A stretch of DNA of 64,000 nt from Octopus bimaculoides. Its lineage: Eukaryota. The notes below the pieces were generated by a model. It was not told the origin of the DNA and ran no database searches. It saw only the letters and a list, made by a program, of their open reading frames with translations. The translations under genes were made by a program, and so were the position numbers. Positions 11,979 through 23,429 of this stretch are shown piece after piece (the first letter of the stretch is position 1; the number at the start of each line of letters is the position of its first letter). The stretch lies in contig NC_068992.1 in the NCBI RefSeq assembly GCF_001194135.2, positions 13,957,464-14,021,463 on the forward strand, read 5' to 3'.

Positions 11979-12175
11979 TGGGAGAATATACAAAAAATAA
12001 CAACAGACGAGGACAGGTGGTGTAAATAACAAAAGTATATATTAGTACGACGCTCGGGAATACGGAAAGTCTTTGACGTTTCGAGCTACGCTCTTCAACA
12101 GAAAGAATACGGAGACAAGGAGAAAAACACGGAGAAAAAAAAAAAAATTGAATAGTGTTCAGTCAACGGTCAATC
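11979..12175 (-). mobile_element. Family D repeat, abutting (TA)n
   Basis: Near-identical to 36760-36949 in reverse orientation. Confidence 0.9.
12070..12106 (-). ncRNA. Minimal type-I hammerhead ribozyme, family D (best-preserved copy)
   Basis: UCUUU-CUGUUGA-A-GAGC(GUA)GCUC-GAAACGUC-AAAGA: 5-bp stem I, 4-bp stem II, ACGU palindrome, GUC cleavage triplet; position 6 is U instead of A. Confidence 0.7.
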
Positions 12176-12752
12176 ATAAAGACGTCGGCGTTGGTGATAG
12201 CGATGATACGTAAATATTTATTTATAGTGAAGTTAAAGATGACATTTCCAGTACACCGAGCATTAACTGCAAACCATAATATACTATGAGAAGAAAATAA
12301 ANNNNNNNNNNNNNNNNNNNNNNNNNNNNNNNNNNNNNNNNNNNNNNNNNNNNNNNNNNNNNNNNNNNNNNNNNNNNNNNNNNNNNNNNNNNNNNNNNNN
12401 NNNNNNNNNNNNNNNNNNNNNNNNNNNNNNNNNNNNNNNNNNNNNNNNNNNNNNNNNNNNNNNNNNNNNNNNNNNNNNNNNNNNNNNNNNNNNNNNNNNN
12501 NNNNNNNNNNNNNNNNNNNNNNNNNNNNNNNNNNNNNNNNNNNNNNNNNNNNNNNNNNNNNNNNNNNNNNNNNNNNNNNNNNNNNNNNNNNNNNNNNNNN
12601 NNNNNNNNNNNNNNNNNNNNNNNNNNNNNNNNNNNNNNNNNNNNNNNNNNNNNNNNNNNNNNNNNNNNNNNNNNNNNNNNNNNNNNNNNNNNNNNNNNNN
12701 NNNNNNNNNNNNAACACCCTTTCTTCCCTTCTCTGAACGTCTTATTGATGTC

Positions 12753-12783
<31 letters not shown>

Positions 12784-12861
12784 GTGTGTGTGTGTGTGTG
12801 TGTGTTCTTTTCTTCGACGGAAACTGAATCCCGTCGTTTGTTGGACCGTTGGATACTGCAC

Positions 12862-13008
12862 ATTTTTTCTCCGTTTGTTTTTCCTCTTTATCATTTGTGT
12901 AGAAAAGCTGGAAACGTAAAAAAACGTTTCTATTATTCCCGAACGTTAATCTAATACACATCCTTGTTGTTCCTACACCTGTCTTCATCTTTTGTTTTCG
13001 ATAAATTT
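12862..13008 (+). mobile_element. Family D repeat, diverged, HHR core decayed
   Basis: ttttctccgtttg..ggaaacgtaaaa..attcccgaacg..ctaatacacatcc..acacctgtcttcatc aligns with the D copy at 36.8 kb. Confidence 0.65.
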
Positions 13009-13089
13009 GAACTGTGTGTGCGCGCGTGCGTGTGTGTGTGTGTGCGTGTGCGTGTGTGTGCGCGTGTATGTGTGTGTGTGTGTATCTGT

Positions 13090-13275
13090 GATTGTTCCCC
13101 ACCACCGCTTGACCACCAGTATTGGTCTTTTCACGTCTCCGTATCCTAGAGGTTCGGCAAAAGTGACCAACAAACTATTAGAAGTACTAGAGTCAATTCA
13201 TTCTACTAAAATTTCCCGTAAGGCGATGCCGCAGCATGGCCGCAGTCTAATAGTTGAAACAAGCAAAAGACAAAT
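13090..13275 (+). mobile_element. Family B SINE, 3' half
   Basis: ccgcttgacc..ggttcggcaaaag..gcagcatggccgcagtctaatagttgaaacaagcaaaaga. Confidence 0.8.
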
Positions 13276-14522
13276 ATCATAAAAGGTATGGATCTACTAA
13301 TTTGTGTGAAATGTTTATAAATAAGTTGACATTCCAACTTTTTTCATCAACGCATTTTTAGACCTCGATTAACTTTATTTTCTTCTCATAGCATATTATG
13401 GTTTGCAGTTAATGCTCGGTGTACTGGAAATGTCATCTTTAACTTCACTATAAATAAATATTTACGTATCATCGCTATCACCAACGCCGACGTCTTTAAA
13501 ATGACTTGCATTATTGCCAAGAGGTCACATAAATGTAGGAGAGGATTATAGTCAAGTTGAGTACATTAATGGTCCTTGTTTTATAGAAAACAAAAGTTGA
13601 AACCTAACCTCTGTCTCAGCGTGAAACAGAAATCAGAATTCGAATGGACGGTGCTAAATGCCAGTGGTTATTTAGCACTGATAATCCAACCAATTCCCCG
13701 TCTACATCTCTTCCTCTCTTAGACAGCATCGAAATAATCAAAATACATGGCAGGTCGTAGCAAAGGACGCATAGTAGTAGTAGTAGTAGTATGGAAGAGG
13801 TGGTGGTGTTGGTGGTGGTGGTGGTGAGAGTACGCAGCGTTAATTATGGTACTAAAAGAGAGAAGGGAATAGACGGAGAATGAAGCACTTAGCAACTCAA
13901 TTAGTAGTTTGAGGGGGAAAAGAGGAAAGACAAAGATGAACGTACTCAAAGTATCAACTCTTGTACGGGTCCAAGAGGTCTGGAATATGGCTACGCACAA
14001 CGGAGGTCATTGTCCCGAACCATTCATCATTTATCCAGCTGTTTATGCAGCACCATTTAACGCCTGTTATTACCTATTCAAACGATTTTAACTGAAGGCA
14101 TTTTAACATTTCATTGATTAAAATTCACATATATCTTCAGCTTCTTCAATTTGTTCTCAGTGTCTAATATAATAGTCATTTTGTAACATATGAGGGTACC
14201 CCACTGAGATGATAGCGGTCAGCATTGCCTACGTACAAATGTTTCTAGATCTTTGGCCTCTTGAACAGGTAACCTTAAGTAACTTGTGCATTTCCTTGCC
14301 TTTATATAACATCCAATTGTCTCGTCGGTTCTTTTAATATTTAAATTTTAATAATATAAATATGAAAGCAGCAAGATTGATTAGTTTTATATGTTCAGTG
14401 ATGAAAGATGGATGGTCTGTATATATACTTCTCTGTCACACGAACGCACACTCACGGATACATTTATATATACATTGTACTTACACTCAAACAGGAACAT
14501 GATCGCACGTATTATAGATAGC

Positions 14523-14588
<66 letters not shown>

Positions 14589-14753
14589 TACCTGTATATG
14601 AGTGTGTGTGTGTGTGTGTGTGTGACTTTGTGTGTATTTATAAAAAACACATACACACTTAATACGTATGTAGAAGTATAGAGGTTTATATGTATATAAA
14701 CAACGTATGCATACATATATATATATGTATATGTATATGTGTATGTAAATGTA

Positions 14754-14800
<47 letters not shown>

Positions 14801-14859
14801 NNNNNNNNNNNNNNNNNNNNNNNNNNNNNNNNNNNNNNNNNNNNNNNNNNNNNNNNNNN

Positions 14860-14927
<68 letters not shown>

Positions 14928-15380
14928 TGTTTACAGATAAACACACACTTATATAATAAGCGCGTACATAAAATTAAGGAAGACAGTTGACTTATACCGG
15001 AGACTTAGAGGCTCGTTTATCATATACATGTTATCTGTGGCATATGAAACATTGTGAAAATCGTCACTCCATAGGCTTCAATACAATCAGTTTCTGCGAA
15101 AAGAGAAAGGCTCAAAGAAAAGGTGATTGAAGAAGAAATGATGCCAGCATTGTCCTAATATTATATTTATCGACATAAAGATGCGAAATGAAGTTAAACC
15201 TCAGTAAATTTAGGTTGTCGGAACTAGTAACGCAAAACATTCTTCACAGCACTTTAGCATCTCTTTGTCGAGTTGCATATTTGTGTATTCGTGTTTCTTT
15301 GTCTTTATGCGCAATAACATGTGTGTGTATGTGTTTGTGTGTGTGTGTGAGGAGAGAGAAAGAAGAGAGAGGGAGAGAAT

Positions 15381-15597
15381 GTAAGGTGGCAAGCCGTTAG
15401 CCCGCTGAACGAAATGCGTAAAATTATTTCGTCCGTCTTTACGTTTTGAGTTCAAATTTCCCCCAGGTCGACTTAGCTTTTCATCCTTTCGTGGTCGATG
15501 AAATAAATACCAGATAAGCACTGGACTCGATGTAATCGACTACCTCCACTTTCCAAATGTTTCAGGATTTTTGTCTTTTGCCTACATTGAAAAGGGT
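15381..15597 (+). mobile_element. Family A tRNA-headed SINE
   Basis: B box GAGTTCAAATT followed by the shared body ggtcgact..ttcatcctttcg.ggtcgat.aaataa.tacca..gatgtaatcgact. Confidence 0.8.
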
Positions 15598-16907
15598 ATA
15601 TATATGTTGAGAGGGGTTAACCTATACGTAGTATATAACGCCTAAAATGCAATAGATTCGGATTACCATAGTTGGAAACGTTATGCTAATAGATCTATGT
15701 ATTAGATCAGAGTTAAAAGGGACTTATCCTCCACAAGAATTAGAAACATTTTATTGTTGAATACAGCAGCAGCCCTGACATTTTGAATAATATTTTGTTG
15801 ACTTGGAATGCATTCATATTATGCGATCATTCGCAATTGCAATCATTCCAGCTAGGCTTACGTTCTGGGCATCACTTCCGTATATGCTCCAACTAGTCCT
15901 GGAGGCTATGAGGTAAGGAATGTTGATGCTGCAGCACTTTCTTCCTTTAGAAATTGATTTTTTTTTTTTAATAAAGGAAGCAAATAGTGAAGAATGGTAA
16001 ATCGTGCGTTGTGCGTCTGCTTCCAATCTGATCTATATCCCCTGACGTTATTGATTCTTTACATTGGCGCAATGCCACGAATATTGATATAAGTGTATGG
16101 TCGATGTAATCGACTATAGTAATTGACTACTATTTATTTTATCAATAATTACTTGAAGAATAAAAGACAAAGTAACTGTCAACGAGATAAAGTGACATTA
16201 AATACCGCAAGGCATTTTGTACGACTATCTTTTGTTTTCATTCTCCATCATTGTTCTTGTTAATTTTTTTTTTGTTTTCTACTACGAATTATAAAACGTA
16301 AGGTAACAGTCTTCCGACGTTATTTCCATGTTTTACCATTGCAAATGTAAAACAATTGTCGAGTCGTCGCAAAATCGTTTCTCGTAACATTGCAAGTAAT
16401 GAGGAATAGTAAAATTTGAGGAGAAAAGAAAAAAACGTTCATTCTGCATACATGTGTTCCACGCATATTAAGATATCAAGTGTTTTCCTTGCAGTTTAGA
16501 AAGGTCACTAATGCAATCAACAACAGAAGAGGTCAAATGTGTACCAATAATTTACTTTAATCTCCAGTTTGTAGGACTACACGAGATTTTAGGCTTAACT
16601 GCTTTTACCTACGTCCTCTAACCATATAGGTTTTTAGTTACGGCCACTTTACCAAAATCAGTAGATTTCATTTATGTTTAACCGAAAATGAGATGAAGTC
16701 AAGGTTATATACAGCAAAAAGTATAGTAAGGTTACATAATGCAAAAAGAATAGCAATAATGATCCACTAAAAATGCAGTAAAATACATAAATGAGAATAA
16801 GTGTAAGGAAAGCAATAACTGAGAGCGAAAAGTGTCCTTATGTGGGCGCTCCACTTGTAAGTAAAAGAAAAAAATTTCGATCATAATGAAGTTTGCTTAC
16901 TAAATAC

Positions 16908-17128
16908 GGAATGCGAATATTGGCTTCAACTTTTGGAACAAAGCCAGAAATTCCGATAGGGCACTTAAGTTGATTACATTGATCCCAACTGGTACTTATT
17001 TTATGGACCCCGAAAGAACAGAAGGTAATGTGGACTCCAATGGATTTTGAACTCAAAAGCTGAAGACGGACGAAATGCCGCTAAAGAATTTTGCCATGTG
17101 TGCTAACCATTCTGCCAACTCGCCACCT
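16908..17128 (-). mobile_element. Family A SINE (first of a tandem pair)
   Basis: Reverse complement of the family A body; flanked by TACTAAAT(A/G)C. Confidence 0.8.
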
Positions 17129-17142
17129 TACTAAATGCATGT

Positions 17143-17358
17143 ATTCTTTTCTACTTTAGGCACAGGGCCTAGAAATTTTGGGGGAGAGGCCACAGTCGAT
17201 TAGATCGACCCCAGTATGCAACTGGTACTTAATTTATCGACCCCGAAAAGATGAAAGGCAGTCGACCTGGGCGAAATTTGAACTCAGAACGTAAAGACAG
17301 ACTAAATACCGCTAAATATTTCTCCCTGCGTACTAACGTTTCTGCCAGCTCGCGGCTT
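17143..17358 (-). mobile_element. Family A SINE (second of a tandem pair)
   Basis: Reverse complement of the family A body; flanked by TACTAAAT(G/A)CAT. Confidence 0.9.
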
Positions 17359-17394
17359 TACTAAATACATATGTTGCAATATTAAATGGAATAT

Positions 17395-17789
17395 TGTCTC
17401 GGTTGAAACATCTTTGGCAACAGATGAAGCGGACCAGGATTGACACGGGGCTATTAACTACCAATAGATATTATTCCAAAGGCTGGAGCAATTTGAATGT
17501 GAAACGATGCCCCACCCATCATATTCGCCAGTCATTGCACCATCTGATTATCATTTATTCTGCAATATTCAAAAACATTTGGATGGAAGAAATAGACGAA
17601 ACAATAAACCAAGTCAGAACAGTACTGGAGGAGTATTTTTTGTCACGCACAAGTGAATGTTGGAAAAGTGGACTTGCATTGTAGAAAATGGAGGAGAGTA
17701 TAATTTAGATTAAAGAAGAACTTTGTTTATCTTAATTTTGAAATATAAAAGAAGTATAAATAACCCGCATTATTTATGGGATGACTTAA
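17395..17789 (+). mobile_element. Mariner transposon, 3' portion (TIR differs from the 7.7 kb copy)
   Basis: Frameshifted HPSYSPVIAPSDYHLFCNIQKHLDG..LEEYFLSRTSECWKSGL (YSPDLAPSD motif); TIR CGCATTATTTATGGGATGACTTAA|TA ending at 17789. Confidence 0.85.
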
Positions 17790-19303
17790 TAGATATAAAT
17801 AACTCATAATGCGTCAGGTTAAAAAAAGTATTTAGACGGGGTAAAAAAGAGGACAATCACACTCGTAACGTGAAACACTCATCCACTACAAACTGAATAA
17901 TGTATTCTAATCTCTTTATGTAAATACGGCTTATAATCGGGGATGCGACCAGCCGAAAGGCTTTATCTTCGCAGAGATTATAGAATCGAAGTTTTCAATG
18001 GCGATTATTCAAGATAATTTGTTGTAGGTTGTTGATGAATATTTCGTTACCTTACAATAGTTAATAGAATTACAACGAAAGATTCCTCCCCTCTTATTGC
18101 TGGTGCATTTAAAAATAGCAACCATTACATCAGGATAGCAACCATTCCTTATATCAGATTTAACCGTTTTCAAAAATCGAATGTATTAGATAATGTTATA
18201 ATAGCTTATTTATACTGCAGAATTTGGTATGGGTTGGTAAATCTTTAATAATTAGTCTTCTAAATGTGAACAGAGCTGAGGTTAACCAACAACAATACCA
18301 GTGAAGTAAGCCACTGGTAGGGGTGACACAATACATACAACAATTTAAATAAATTAATTATTCAGCAGTACTGTCTAAGACACTAGTTTTTATCAGTATG
18401 TCTTTTCTCAATGTTCCAAACAAATTTCTCATCTTTAAACATTTTAAATAAAATTCCTCTGATAATTAAAGAATATAAGAAACGCAAAGTGAACGAAAAC
18501 AATTGCAGACTTTTCTCCGGCAGTGAATAAATTTCTACTTATTTGTGACATATCTACAACATTTCGAATAAAAGCTGGAATTAGAATTAGACGTAGCTAT
18601 TATAATTCTGAGGCTGTCTTTTGTCTGTTGTCTGTTAATATTTACTATTTGTTAAATATTTCCTCTTTCTTTCCTATTTCTCTGTGATAAGTCTCTATGT
18701 ACAGTTTGTTATCTTCTTTTTTGTTAATTTGAAAGGTAGAAAATTTTCATTCTCAATAATTTTTTCCCACCTTTCTCAATTAATACTTCTGATTTCTTTT
18801 GTGCAAAGGTGCTGCGTTTTATAAAGAAGTGAAATAGGAAGTTATGAAGTTTTATAAGCAGTACTAATACCGCGATTTTGACCAATTTAAGTAGCATGGT
18901 TTTATGTCGCGGGATTAATACGGATCTAACGAAAGCGCTTCGTCAAACCTGACCAACGTGACATATAGTTTCGATTTTCGATTAATGAAAATTTTCTCGT
19001 TGTTTCCCATAATAATTACTCCGAGCTACTATGAATATCTTCAAAACCTTTTCCCGTTAAAAAAAAAGGTGTTTCTATTATTGTCAAAAAAAGCAGTAGA
19101 AAAGAGTAACACGTCAAGATCTTTAAATAAATGTAAAAAAAGCGTTTGATGCACGGTTTAGCGAAGACATCATTCTACATTTCAGTAATTTTTTATTGTA
19201 TTCCATAACCTCTTGTCATGATCATTTAGAAGTTTGACCTCTCTCAATTTCTATACATCCTAATATCCTCACCGTGAAAGATTCAGTTTTTTACTTTACT
19301 GGA

Positions 19304-19343
<40 letters not shown>

Positions 19344-19706
19344 GAAATAACAGGTGTCATTTTCAGGAAAGTAGCGTCGGTGGGATCGGGGAACAAATGC
19401 GCACTGACATTATACACGTAATAATAAAAGAATATCATACTTGAACAGACATCGTAATTTTGTAGAGAAGACAAGGGTGCCCTATAGTTTTCTGAATTAA
19501 TAGGTATCAATTTCTTTAGAGCTGATACACAAGTCAATTTCTACTCCGCCGCTTTTCTTATTTCTTCTTCACACTATATCAAGCGTCCATGAGGTTAAAC
19601 CGTCTCTCAAAAACTGCATTATCAATATATCGTTCAAGTAATTCAATTATTGAGATCCCTCCTAAAACCCCATTTTACCAAGAAACAGGTTTTGTCTACA
19701 CTATAG

Positions 19707-19832
19707 CAGTGGTTCCCACCCTGTAGTCCGCAAATGTAGTACTGGGGGTCGGTGAACATATTAAAAGGGGTCCGTGGGAAAACTCATTTAAATAAAAGGA
19801 GTCCTTGGTAGTAAAATGTATGGGAACCATTT
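19707..19832. mobile_element. hAT (Charlie-like) MITE
   Basis: Ends CAGTGGTTCCCA ... TGGGAACCATTT; no clean 8-bp TSD. Confidence 0.6.
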
Positions 19833-19927
19833 CTCCAGAAGCATTAAGCATTTCATTATAACATTTCTATGCCAACTAAAGGTGAATTGAAAGTGACGTT
19901 TTTGTATTGTTTATTCTCACTTAGACA

Positions 19928-20151
19928 CTCTTTTACTCTTTTCTTCTCTTTTACTTGTTTTAGTCATTTGACTGCGGCCATGCTGGAGCACTGCCTTTAG
20001 TCGAACAAATCGACCCCAGGATTTATTCTTTGCAAGCCTAGTACTTATTCTATCGGTCTCTTTTGCCGAACCGCTAAGTTACGGGGACGTAAACGTACCA
20101 CCATCGGTTGTCAAGCGATGTCGGGTGACAAACACACACACACAAACACAG

Positions 20152-20201
<50 letters not shown>

Positions 20202-20235
20202 GGCAGGCTTCTTTCAGTTTCCGTCTACCAAATCC
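19928..20235 (-). mobile_element. Family B SINE (3' half, microsatellite and end of 5' half)
   Basis: Reverse complement of 37030-37222, then (CA)n(TA)n and ttctttcagtttccgtctaccaaatcca. Confidence 0.9.
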
Positions 20236-20239
20236 AGTC

Positions 20240-20398
20240 CATCGCAGCGTTACTCCTTTTTGCCAGCTGAGTGAACTGGAACAACGTGAAATGAAGTGTT
20301 TCGCTCAAGAACTCTACGCGCCGCCCGGTCCAGGAATCGAAACCACAATCTTACGATCATAGTGCTGACACCCTAACCACTAGGCCACGCGCCACCAC
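20240..20398 (-). mobile_element. Family C tRNA-headed SINE
   Basis: Minus strand has A box TGGCCTAGTGG and B box GGTTTCGATTCC, then ..cttgagcgaaacacttcatttcacgttgttccagttcactcag. Confidence 0.8.
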
Positions 20399-21377
20399 AG
20401 ACATCAGTGTTACAAAATCCTAAATGTAATTCAGCGGGACTCGAAATAAGAAACGGGATGCAAAGGCACGAATTATTAAAGGTCTACAATTACTCCGACG
20501 CTCTATCTATTCGTGGCCATTTTCTAATGATATCGGTAACATTTTCTGCTAAAAGTTTGCTCAACTTAAACTGGTTAAGAGAACAAATTTTAATGTCAAA
20601 CTGATAGAAATGTAACTAATGATGAATATTGAAGATTACTGCATAATTTGTCGGAATAATTGAAGCTTTACGTTCACTAGAGATATCATTATCATTTTTA
20701 GAATGTTTATTTGGAAAATGGCCAATTTGTAAATCTTTCATGTTTTTCTGACAGACAAAAAGTATCACATGGAAAATTATCTATCTCTCTCGATACTACA
20801 CCTTGGCTTTATTTTATCCGCTTCTTCATTCTGGTTGCTTGATTTAAGTAATGTAATTAGTTGTATAATTTTTACTTGGAATAATAATTATTCTGTTATC
20901 AATTATTCATATTAGATATAGTATTTCACTGGTATGTAGGTTATGTAGTTTTTGAAATTTTATAAACATTCTTCTTACTCTTACAATGAACTATTTCTTT
21001 ATGCTATGTCTGGGTGAGTATTTACGCATTTGCATTTGACAATTGTTGGTATGTAGTTTGGTACGTGTGTATATACGTAGATAATCAACTAGGTAGTTGT
21101 GTGATTAAACTGGTAGATAGTACACAGAGAGACAAATAGATAGATAGATAGATAGATAGATAGAGTGAGTGAGAGAGAGAGAGAGAGAGAGAGAGATGAG
21201 AAAAGGTAGTATGACAACCAAGCATGTGGATAGAGCATGACTAAAAACACTGTACAACAAATTTCAGAGTCAAGAAAAAAACATAGTTCTCATGTACATT
21301 TTATTATGAAAATGATTGTGCTAAACTCGAATTTTATAACAAAAGTTTCCCTATCACGTCGCATTTTCTGGTAAATT

Positions 21378-21804
21378 AAAGGCGATGAGCAAGCAGAAAC
21401 GTTAGTACGCTGCGCGAAATGCTTAGCGGTATTTCGTCTGCCGTTAGGTTCTGAGTTCAAATTCCGCCGAGGTCGACTTTGCCTTTCATCCTTTCGGGTT
21501 CAATAAATTAAGTACCATTTACGCACTGGGGTCGATGTAATCGACTTAAGCCCTTTGTTTGTCCTTGTTTGTCCCCACTATGTTTAGCCCCTTGTTGGCA
21601 ATAAAGAAATAAGAAACGTTAGCACGTCGGGCGAAATACTTAGCGGTATTTCGTCTGTCTTTACGTTCTGAGTTCAAGTTCCGCCGATTTTGCCTTTCAT
21701 CCTTTCGGGGTCGATAAATTAAGTACCAGTTGCGTAGTGGGGTCGATCTAATCAACTATGCCCCTCCCCCAAAATTTCGAGCCTTGTGCCTAGAGTAGAA
21801 AAGA
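21378..21804 (+). mobile_element. Family A SINE head-to-tail dimer
   Basis: Two A monomers (about 21378-21545 and 21612-21804) joined by a ~65-nt linker; the second monomer starts at GAAACGTTAGCAC. Confidence 0.85.
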
Positions 21805-21974
21805 TGTTCTTTTAACTTACCGACTTAATAACTATGCAATTTATACCAATTTCCACGATGCCATAAATTTATTTTGCTCCCAGAGTCATATTAAATATGT
21901 CCATTGTAATTAATTCATAAATATATAATGAAACGGCGTGTTTGTTAGCATTATATAATGTATTAACCTACATT

Positions 21975-22270
21975 TTAGAATTTACTTCCTCATTTATAAG
22001 ACGTCTCACCTGTGTCACGCTTGAGGTTCCAGCAGAAGTCAGCCTGCATAGCTGGGCTCCGTTTCCCCGCACGCCTGTTTTCCATTGACGCTATATCTTG
22101 ATGAAACCTTTCTCTATGTTCATCACTCACATCTGCATTCTCTGGGAAGAAGGACAGATGAGAATGAAGGAAGTGTATCTTCTGTGGCATATTGCATCCG
22201 AGATCTAGATAGTACTTTATTAGGCTCCCCTCTATACTCTCTCTGTAATCTAATACGTTTCTAACGGCAT
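21975..22270 (-). pseudogene. C-terminal fragment of a DNA transposase, probably Chapaev3/CMC type
   Basis: LGCNMPQKIHFLHSHLSFFPEN..VSDEHRERFHQDIASME..SPAMQADFCWNLKRD matches the remembered motif LGCNMSLKIHFLHSHLDFFP..SDEHGERFHQDI..ADYCW; superfamily assigned from memory. Confidence 0.7.
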
Positions 22271-23040
22271 ACATTTTATATATATATATATATATATATA
22301 CATACACACACACACACACACACACACACTGATTATATATAGATCGCTTATATACTTCTGCCGCTAATAATGAATTAATAAACACGCCAGTATGAAGTCA
22401 GTAGTGCATCTGGAAAGCTTTTGTTGATGTTCTTTTCACTTGAAGTATCTAGTACTTTGAGAATACGTATATGTTTTGGCATATAACTACATAAATGAAA
22501 TTGTGGGTTTTATTTTTTTTTACTCGCAGAATATTTATTAAAGCTAAATTAAGTAGTAAGACTAACCTCTTAATATATAAATATATGGAGTGTTAAGTAG
22601 ACAACATATGTCAAACACGCGAGCAGCAAATCAGCTTTTTTTTTACGTCTCATCAAATATGCATATACATATTCGAATACCTTCTGTTTAGAGAAATATG
22701 TTTATACGCAGGTTAAGAGACATGTTTATTTGCAGTAATATCTCTTGAGAGGTATGAAAAAGAAATAAATTTGTAGTAAAAAAAAATGCAGAATAGATTA
22801 TTGTAGGAAAATGTATTCATATAGTATGATTTCAGATTACAAGATGTTTTGGAGTAAGTGACGCAAGAATAAAATATTTTAACATATATATCCAAAACTA
22901 TAGAATATCAGAAATTACAGTGAAACAGAAACCGCAGCATAACATGAACTATAAATTAACGTTACAAAAGTCAGACAATAGATCTGTGCGAATTATAATG
23001 ATGGGAGTAATATAATAAGATGTATAGTACACATGGAGAT

Positions 23041-23358
23041 ATATGTGGTTGTGTAGTAAGAAATTTGATTCTCAGCCATATGGTTCCGGTTTCAGTCCCA
23101 CTGCGTGGTACTTTGAGCTAATATTTTCATTTGGGAGACGGAAAGTGGAAGACGTCCGTTGTATATATGTGTGTTTGACTTTGTGTCTGTGTCTGTCCCT
23201 TTACCACACCGCTTGACAACCGGTGCTTGTTTGTTTGCGTCTCCGCAACTCAGCAGTTTGGCTAATAGAAGAACAAGGCTTACAACAAGGGGTGGGGTCG
23301 ATTCGTTCGATTAAAAATTCTTTAAGGAAGTCGGTGCCCCAATATGGCTGTGGTCATA
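23041..23358 (+). mobile_element. Family B SINE, diverged, with internal deletion
   Basis: ggttccggtttcagtcccactgcgtgg..gacggaaagtg..ccgcttgacaaccggtg..ggggtcgattcgttcgat. Confidence 0.75.
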
Positions 23359-23397
23359 TGTGAGTATATATGTGCTCGTGTGAGTGTGTATATATGG

Positions 23398-23429
<32 letters not shown>

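Noticed and set aside
13900-14350. Possible R4/Dong C-terminal remnant on the minus strand
   Set aside because: Only scattered 3-4 residue matches; too decayed to support by eye.
16515-16630. D-like AACAACAGAAGAGG motif with a possible decayed HHR on the minus strand
   Set aside because: Neither CUGANGA nor GAAA is intact; only a stem-II-like hairpin is present.
19380-19540. ENYRAPLSSLQNY..SSMI resembling the RT motif NYRPI.CL
   Set aside because: A single weak motif with no flanking RT motifs.
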